Shown here piece by piece: positions 7,431 through 11,421 of a DNA stretch of 11,421 nucleotides (position 1 is the first letter of the stretch; every line of letters starts with the position of its first letter). Under the pieces are notes generated by a model, which was given only the letters and a program-made list of their open reading frames with translations, was not told where the DNA came from and searched no databases. The DNA is taken from contig DYFC01000044.1 in the NCBI GenBank assembly GCA_020725385.1, forward strand, positions 1-11,421, written 5' to 3'. The stretch is from Nitrospira japonica (GTDB taxonomy: Bacteria; Nitrospirota; Thermodesulfovibrionia; Thermodesulfovibrionales; SM23-35). A program made the position numbers and the translations under genes.

Positions 7431-8305
7431 TGTCAATGTCATATTCATTCAGACTTGCTTTTCAGAGCATTATTCGTGACAAATGGGTTAATCTTCTTGC
7501 TGTACTAACTATTGCAGCAGGACTGCTTTTTACTGCAGTTACTGTGTTGACTGTTTTTAATGTTAATTTAATTACAAGGGAAATCCCAAAAAAATTTTCG
7601 GTTAATGTATATCTAAAAGAAAACCTCCAAAAACAGGAAATAGATAATATTACCGCTACAATAAAGAAAGAACCTTCTGTTGAAAATATTAAATTCATAC
7701 CTAAGGAAGATGCATGGAAAGAATTAAAATCAAGCCTTAAGAATACAGAATACATTCTTGAAGGATTAAACGAAAATCCATTACCGGATACACTGGAAAT
7801 CAAACTAAAGAAAGATTCTATAAACCCGGATGCTGTTAAAAAAATTTCTACAATGTTGAAACAGATCAAAGGTGTTAGTGAAATAGAATATGGAGAAAAA
7901 TTTCTTTCATCAATTTATTCATTGAGTCTCGGGATAAAAACAATCGGTTTGACTTTGATTATCATAATGTCTGCGGGTACACTTTTTGTTTGTTATAGCA
8001 CTGTAAAAATACTTTTTTACCGTAAGAATCGGGAAATCGAGACATATAAATTCCTGGGAGCAACTAAATGGTTTATAAGGTTTCCATTTCTTATAGAAGG
8101 TGCAACAATAGGCCTTTGCGGTGGATTTCTCGGACTCTTGGGTCTTCTTATCCTGTATTATTTTGTACTGCTTAAAGTAGGCAGTACATTCCCGATATTC
8201 AGTTCTTTTGTGTTTCCTTTAAATATGTCTTACTTATTACCTGCAACAGGCTTTGTTCTTGGAGTAATAGGTGCTGTTATTGCTATCGGAAGAATACGTT
8301 ATTAA
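7430..8305 (+). CDS. ftsX: Cell division permease-like protein FtsX
   Basis: TM1, a periplasmic domain (VYLK, ENPLPD), three further TM segments and REIE..K.LGAT.WFIR.PFLIEG. TAATG overlap with ftsE. Confidence 0.95.
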   Translation: MSMSYSFRLAFQSIIRDKWVNLLAVLTIAAGLLFTAVTVLTVFNVNLITREIPKKFSVNVYLKENLQKQEIDNITATIKKEPSVENIKFIPKEDAWKELKSSLKNTEYILEGLNENPLPDTLEIKLKKDSINPDAVKKISTMLKQIKGVSEIEYGEKFLSSIYSLSLGIKTIGLTLIIIMSAGTLFVCYSTVKILFYRKNREIETYKFLGATKWFIRFPFLIEGATIGLCGGFLGLLGLLILYYFVLLKVGSTFPIFSSFVFPLNMSYLLPATGFVLGVIGAVIAIGRIRY

Positions 8306-8306
8306 A

Positions 8307-9500
8307 ATGCTCATAAGATTGTCTTTGACTCTAAGTAGAAATCTTTGTTTTAGAAAATTTAAATATTTATTCTTAATTATTTTACTATCTTTTATTTCAT
8401 TGCCTGTATGTTTTGCTGAGACAGCCCATGATGAATACAGAAAGATTCAAAAGGAAATCAGCAAGCAGAAAAAGAAAATCGAGGAAATAAAACACCATGA
8501 ATCTTCCATACTTTTTGAGATTGAAAATATCAATAAACAGATAAAACAGGCAGAAGAGCAACTTAAAAAATATAAAGACAGACTTTCTGAAACTGAATCA
8601 AAAATATCAAAATTGGAAGCCGAGATTAACAATCATTTAAAAAATATCCAGAGACACAAAGACTGGTTGAAAAGAAAACTCAATGCTATTCACAGACATG
8701 GGAACTATTCAGATACATTAATGTTGCTGTTAACTTCTGAAGACATTTCACAATTGATCCGCACGGGTAAATACCTTCAATATATTTCTGTTTATGAACA
8801 TAATCTGATCGAAAATTACAAAAATAGTTTGCAGGAACTTACCGAAAAAGAAAAGCGTCTTCACGGATTAAAGAAAGAACTTGAAAATAATCAGAAAAAG
8901 GTTAAATCAGAAGAAGAAAATCTCGCTGAAAAAAAGAATCAGAAAGAAACCATGCTTTCTACAGTACGAAGACAACATGATTCACATAAAAGAGTTCTTA
9001 AAGAATTGCAGGACGCTTCAAATAGAATACTGGAAATTATAAGAGAGTCGGAAAGAAAAGAGAAAGGTAAGGAATATGTTCCTGAGGGCGTAGAATTTGC
9101 AAAACTTAAAGGCAAATTGCCATGGCCTGTTGAAGGTAAGGTTGCTTTGCCTTATGGGTCACAGAAAGACCCGCAATTTAATACCCCTATTTTTAGAAGC
9201 GGCGCTTTTATACAATCAATATCGGATACCTATGCGAAAGCAGTGTACACAGGTAAAGTCGTGTTTGCCGAATGGTTTAAAGGATACGGACAACTTGTTA
9301 TAATTAATCACGGAGATGGTTATCACACACTTTATGGAAGTTTATCCGAGATTTTTATTAAAGTTGGAGATATAATAAAAAGTAAGCAAGTTATCGGAAA
9401 AATAGGGATGTCCGGATTGATGAACTCCCCCGGGCTTTATTTTGAGTTAAGATATAAAGGAAAACCTTTGGACCCGTTACAGTGGCTGCAGAGGAGATAG
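8307..9500 (+). CDS. envC: Murein hydrolase activator EnvC (coiled coil plus degenerate M23/LytM domain)
   Basis: Signal peptide, long coiled coil, then KGKLPWPVEG...GYGQLVII.HG.GY.TLY...LYFELR..G.P.DP. The Zn ligands are lost (HxxxD reads RSGAF; HxH reads GLY). The likelier start is ATG 8307, 1 nt after the ftsX stop, rather than GTG 8271. Confidence 0.9.
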   Translation: MLIRLSLTLSRNLCFRKFKYLFLIILLSFISLPVCFAETAHDEYRKIQKEISKQKKKIEEIKHHESSILFEIENINKQIKQAEEQLKKYKDRLSETESKISKLEAEINNHLKNIQRHKDWLKRKLNAIHRHGNYSDTLMLLLTSEDISQLIRTGKYLQYISVYEHNLIENYKNSLQELTEKEKRLHGLKKELENNQKKVKSEEENLAEKKNQKETMLSTVRRQHDSHKRVLKELQDASNRILEIIRESERKEKGKEYVPEGVEFAKLKGKLPWPVEGKVALPYGSQKDPQFNTPIFRSGAFIQSISDTYAKAVYTGKVVFAEWFKGYGQLVIINHGDGYHTLYGSLSEIFIKVGDIIKSKQVIGKIGMSGLMNSPGLYFELRYKGKPLDPLQWLQRR

Positions 9501-9515
9501 AATTTGGAGGAAAAG

Positions 9516-10823
9516 ATGTTTCAAAGATTTAATAACAGAAGAACTTTAATAACCATATTACTCATTTTTCTTATTGCATCAACTGGATTTATAATAGGCC
9601 GATGGACTATAAGTATTGTTGGCGCCGAAGAAGGCTATGAAGAACTGAAAATATTCAGTGAAGCTCTATCGATTGTTAAGAAAAATTATGTTGAAGAAGT
9701 AAAACCAAAGGAGATTATATATGGTGCAATTAAAGGCATGCTCAGTTCCCTTGATCCACACTCGGCTTTTATGACTCCTGAACAGTACAAAGAAATGCAG
9801 GTTGATACAAAGGGAGAATTTGGAGGACTCGGGATACAAATAGGAATTAAAGAAGGTATGCTCACTGTTATTGCGCCTATTGAGGATACCCCGGCATATC
9901 GTGCAGGGATTAAGGCAGGAGATAAGATTATAAAGATAAACAATGAATTTACTAAAGATATGAATCTTCATGATGCTGTAAGCAAAATGAGAGGTGCTCC
10001 TTCAACATCAGTAAAAATAACAATACTTCGTGAAGGCTGGAAAGAGACAAAGGATTTCACAATAGTAAGAGAGATAATAAAGATCAAGAGTATAAAATTC
10101 AAGGAATTGGAAGAAGGAATCGGTTATATAAAAATAAATCAATTTCAAGAACAGACATCATCGGATCTCTCAAATGCTATTGAAGAATTAATGAAAAAAA
10201 ATATAACTTCACTTGTTCTTGACCTCAGAAATAACCCGGGCGGACTACTTAACAGCGCTGTTGACGTCTCAAGTCAATTCCTTACAGCCGGCAAGTTAGT
10301 TGTATATATTAAGGATAGAAAAGGGGATAAGGTAGAATATAAAAGCGGAAAGCACAAAACTAATTTTAATCTTCCAATGATCGTACTTGTTAATCAGGGA
10401 AGTGCAAGCGCTTCCGAGATAGTAGCCGGAGCTCTTAAAGACTGGAATAGAGCAGTAATTCTGGGGACACAAACATTTGGAAAAGGCTCTGTCCAATCGG
10501 TTGTGCCTTTAGGTGATGGCTCTGCTTTAAGATTAACTACAGCTCGGTACTATACTCCAAAGGGCATATCAATTCAGACAACAGGAATAACCCCTGATAT
10601 AATTGTGAAACCCGAAGTAAAAGAGGGTGAAAAAACAAGACCTGCAATAAGAGAAAAGGACCTTGAGAAACATCTGAAAAATGGTGATATTGAAGACAAA
10701 ACAGATGAACCGGATGAGATGATACCTGTTGAGATTGATGAAAAAAATGATATTCAGTTACAGAGGGCTATTGATATATTGAAGACCTGGAAGATATTTA
10801 AAGAACTTCCAAAAGCATCTTAA
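9516..10823 (+). CDS. ctpA: Carboxy-terminal processing protease, peptidase S41A with PDZ domain
   Basis: N-terminal TM/signal segment, LDPHS, PDZ GEFGGLGI...TPA.RAGI.AGD.I, LDLRNNPGGLL, catalytic Ser in SASASE and Lys in TFGKGSVQ, TARYYTP.G, GITPD. SD GGAGG (9506-9510) supports ATG 9516 over TTG 9504. Confidence 0.95.
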   Translation: MFQRFNNRRTLITILLIFLIASTGFIIGRWTISIVGAEEGYEELKIFSEALSIVKKNYVEEVKPKEIIYGAIKGMLSSLDPHSAFMTPEQYKEMQVDTKGEFGGLGIQIGIKEGMLTVIAPIEDTPAYRAGIKAGDKIIKINNEFTKDMNLHDAVSKMRGAPSTSVKITILREGWKETKDFTIVREIIKIKSIKFKELEEGIGYIKINQFQEQTSSDLSNAIEELMKKNITSLVLDLRNNPGGLLNSAVDVSSQFLTAGKLVVYIKDRKGDKVEYKSGKHKTNFNLPMIVLVNQGSASASEIVAGALKDWNRAVILGTQTFGKGSVQSVVPLGDGSALRLTTARYYTPKGISIQTTGITPDIIVKPEVKEGEKTRPAIREKDLEKHLKNGDIEDKTDEPDEMIPVEIDEKNDIQLQRAIDILKTWKIFKELPKAS

Positions 10824-10863
10824 CCTGATTGTATAGATATTTTCTTGAGATAAACGAAAAAGG

Positions 10864-10897
10864 ATTCCCCTTAAGAGGTGGATTAAGGGATTGTGTT
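10864..10897. repeat. Short palindromic REP-like element (decayed); may also act as the terminator stem of the ctpA operon
   Basis: ATTCCCCTTAAGAGGTGGATTAAGGGATTGTGTT, with stem CCCTTAA (10868-10874) / TTAAGGG (10883-10889). It is a GC-richer patch in an AT-rich spacer. Confidence 0.45.
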
Positions 10898-10909
10898 ACA
10901 ATTGTTTTT

Positions 10910-10936
10910 TGTCATTTCGAACAAAGTGAGAAATCT
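10910..10936. repeat. Half copy of a GTCATT...AATCT-type palindromic interspersed element
   Basis: TGTCATTTCGAACAAAGTGAGAAATCT with internal inverted repeat ATTTC/GAAAT. It resembles the GTCATTTCGA...GAGAAATCT short repeats I recall from many bacterial genomes. No inverted partner half is present nearby. Confidence 0.5.
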
Positions 10937-11018
10937 TTAAGTAATTGTTTGCATTAGCATTTTGGGGTTATTAAAAAGGGGATAATTAATAACATGTAAG
11001 TATTAAAAGGAGGCAGAC

Positions 11019-11421
11019 ATGTCAAAGAGAACGTTTTTCATTTTTTTTCTGCTAACTATTTTAGCAATTCCCACAATAGCGATGGGCTCATACAATTCAT
11101 TTCAATATCCGTCATTGCCTTCATTCAATGAAAATAATTCAAATGGAATGTTTGATGTTTATGTAGAAAAAGGAGGCGAATGGAAGAACGCTGGCAGATT
11201 AAGTTTCGATAAATACTTCAGACAGAAGGAAATAGATATAAAGAACTACACAAATAGTAATTTAATAAAGATAAAACTTATAAAGACAGGCAGCGGCATG
11301 GCGCATATTGATTCGGCATTATTAGACAATGAGCCACCTGTTAAAATTAACACTTATGACAGGTTGAATAAATTAAAAGAGAATGATTTTGATGTTATAG
11401 ATGCATCAAATAAAGAGATAG
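11019..11421 (+). CDS. 5' part of a secreted hypothetical protein (runs off right edge)
   Basis: SD AAGGAGG (11007-11013), ATG 11019, open for 134 codons to the window end: MSKRTFFIFFLLTILAIPTIAMG-SYNSFQYPSLPSFNENNSNGMFDVYVEKGGEWKNAGRLSFDKYFRQKEID... Sec-type signal peptide. Not in the ORF track. Confidence 0.85.
   Translation, partial: MSKRTFFIFFLLTILAIPTIAMGSYNSFQYPSLPSFNENNSNGMFDVYVEKGGEWKNAGRLSFDKYFRQKEIDIKNYTNSNLIKIKLIKTGSGMAHIDSALLDNEPPVKINTYDRLNKLKENDFDVIDASNKEI

Noticed and set aside
566-10496. Short alternative-frame and antisense ORFs in the track (566-751, 2531-2848, 2743-2946, 2927-3124, 4291-4524, 5242-5466, 5706-5954, 5833-6039, 6385-6744, 7462-7869, 8447-8632, 9097-9303, 9666-9971, 9686-9943, 10296-10496)
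   Set aside because: All overlap well-supported genes and show no recognisable motifs, so they are treated as shadow ORFs.
11034-11048. T5/T8 homopolymer tracts in the last ORF as a phase-variation site
   Set aside because: They encode the Phe-rich core of the signal peptide, the frame is intact, and runs of this length are common in this AT-rich sequence.
1-11421. tRNA, rRNA, CRISPR array, transposase, integrase or defence genes
   Set aside because: No cloverleaf, regularly spaced repeats or mobile-element or nuclease motifs were seen, and the intergenic gaps are short.

Overview
AT-rich bacterial chromosomal segment. The gene content suggests an anaerobic Nitrospirota/Desulfobacterota-type organism, which is an inference. 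Left to right it holds: the 3' end of a fibronectin type III-domain gene missed by the ORF track; a tightly coupled four-gene thiol-redox operon (HTH-like hypothetical protein, CPTC glutaredoxin/NrdH-like redoxin, ferredoxin:thioredoxin reductase catalytic subunit with a CYC motif, DVU0772-like protein); a convergent YidH/DUF202 membrane protein gene sharing a back-to-back promoter with a stand-alone glyS; a long operon (RomY-like protein, split transketolase N and C halves, ftsE, ftsX, envC, ctpA); an intergenic region with two REP-like palindromic remnants; and the 5' end of a secreted protein gene, also missed by the ORF track. The best candidates for undescribed biology are the RomY-like polarity factor heading the tkt-ftsEX-envC-ctpA operon and the Grx-FTR-DVU0772 redox module. 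Family assignments come from motif recognition and recall, not from database searches.
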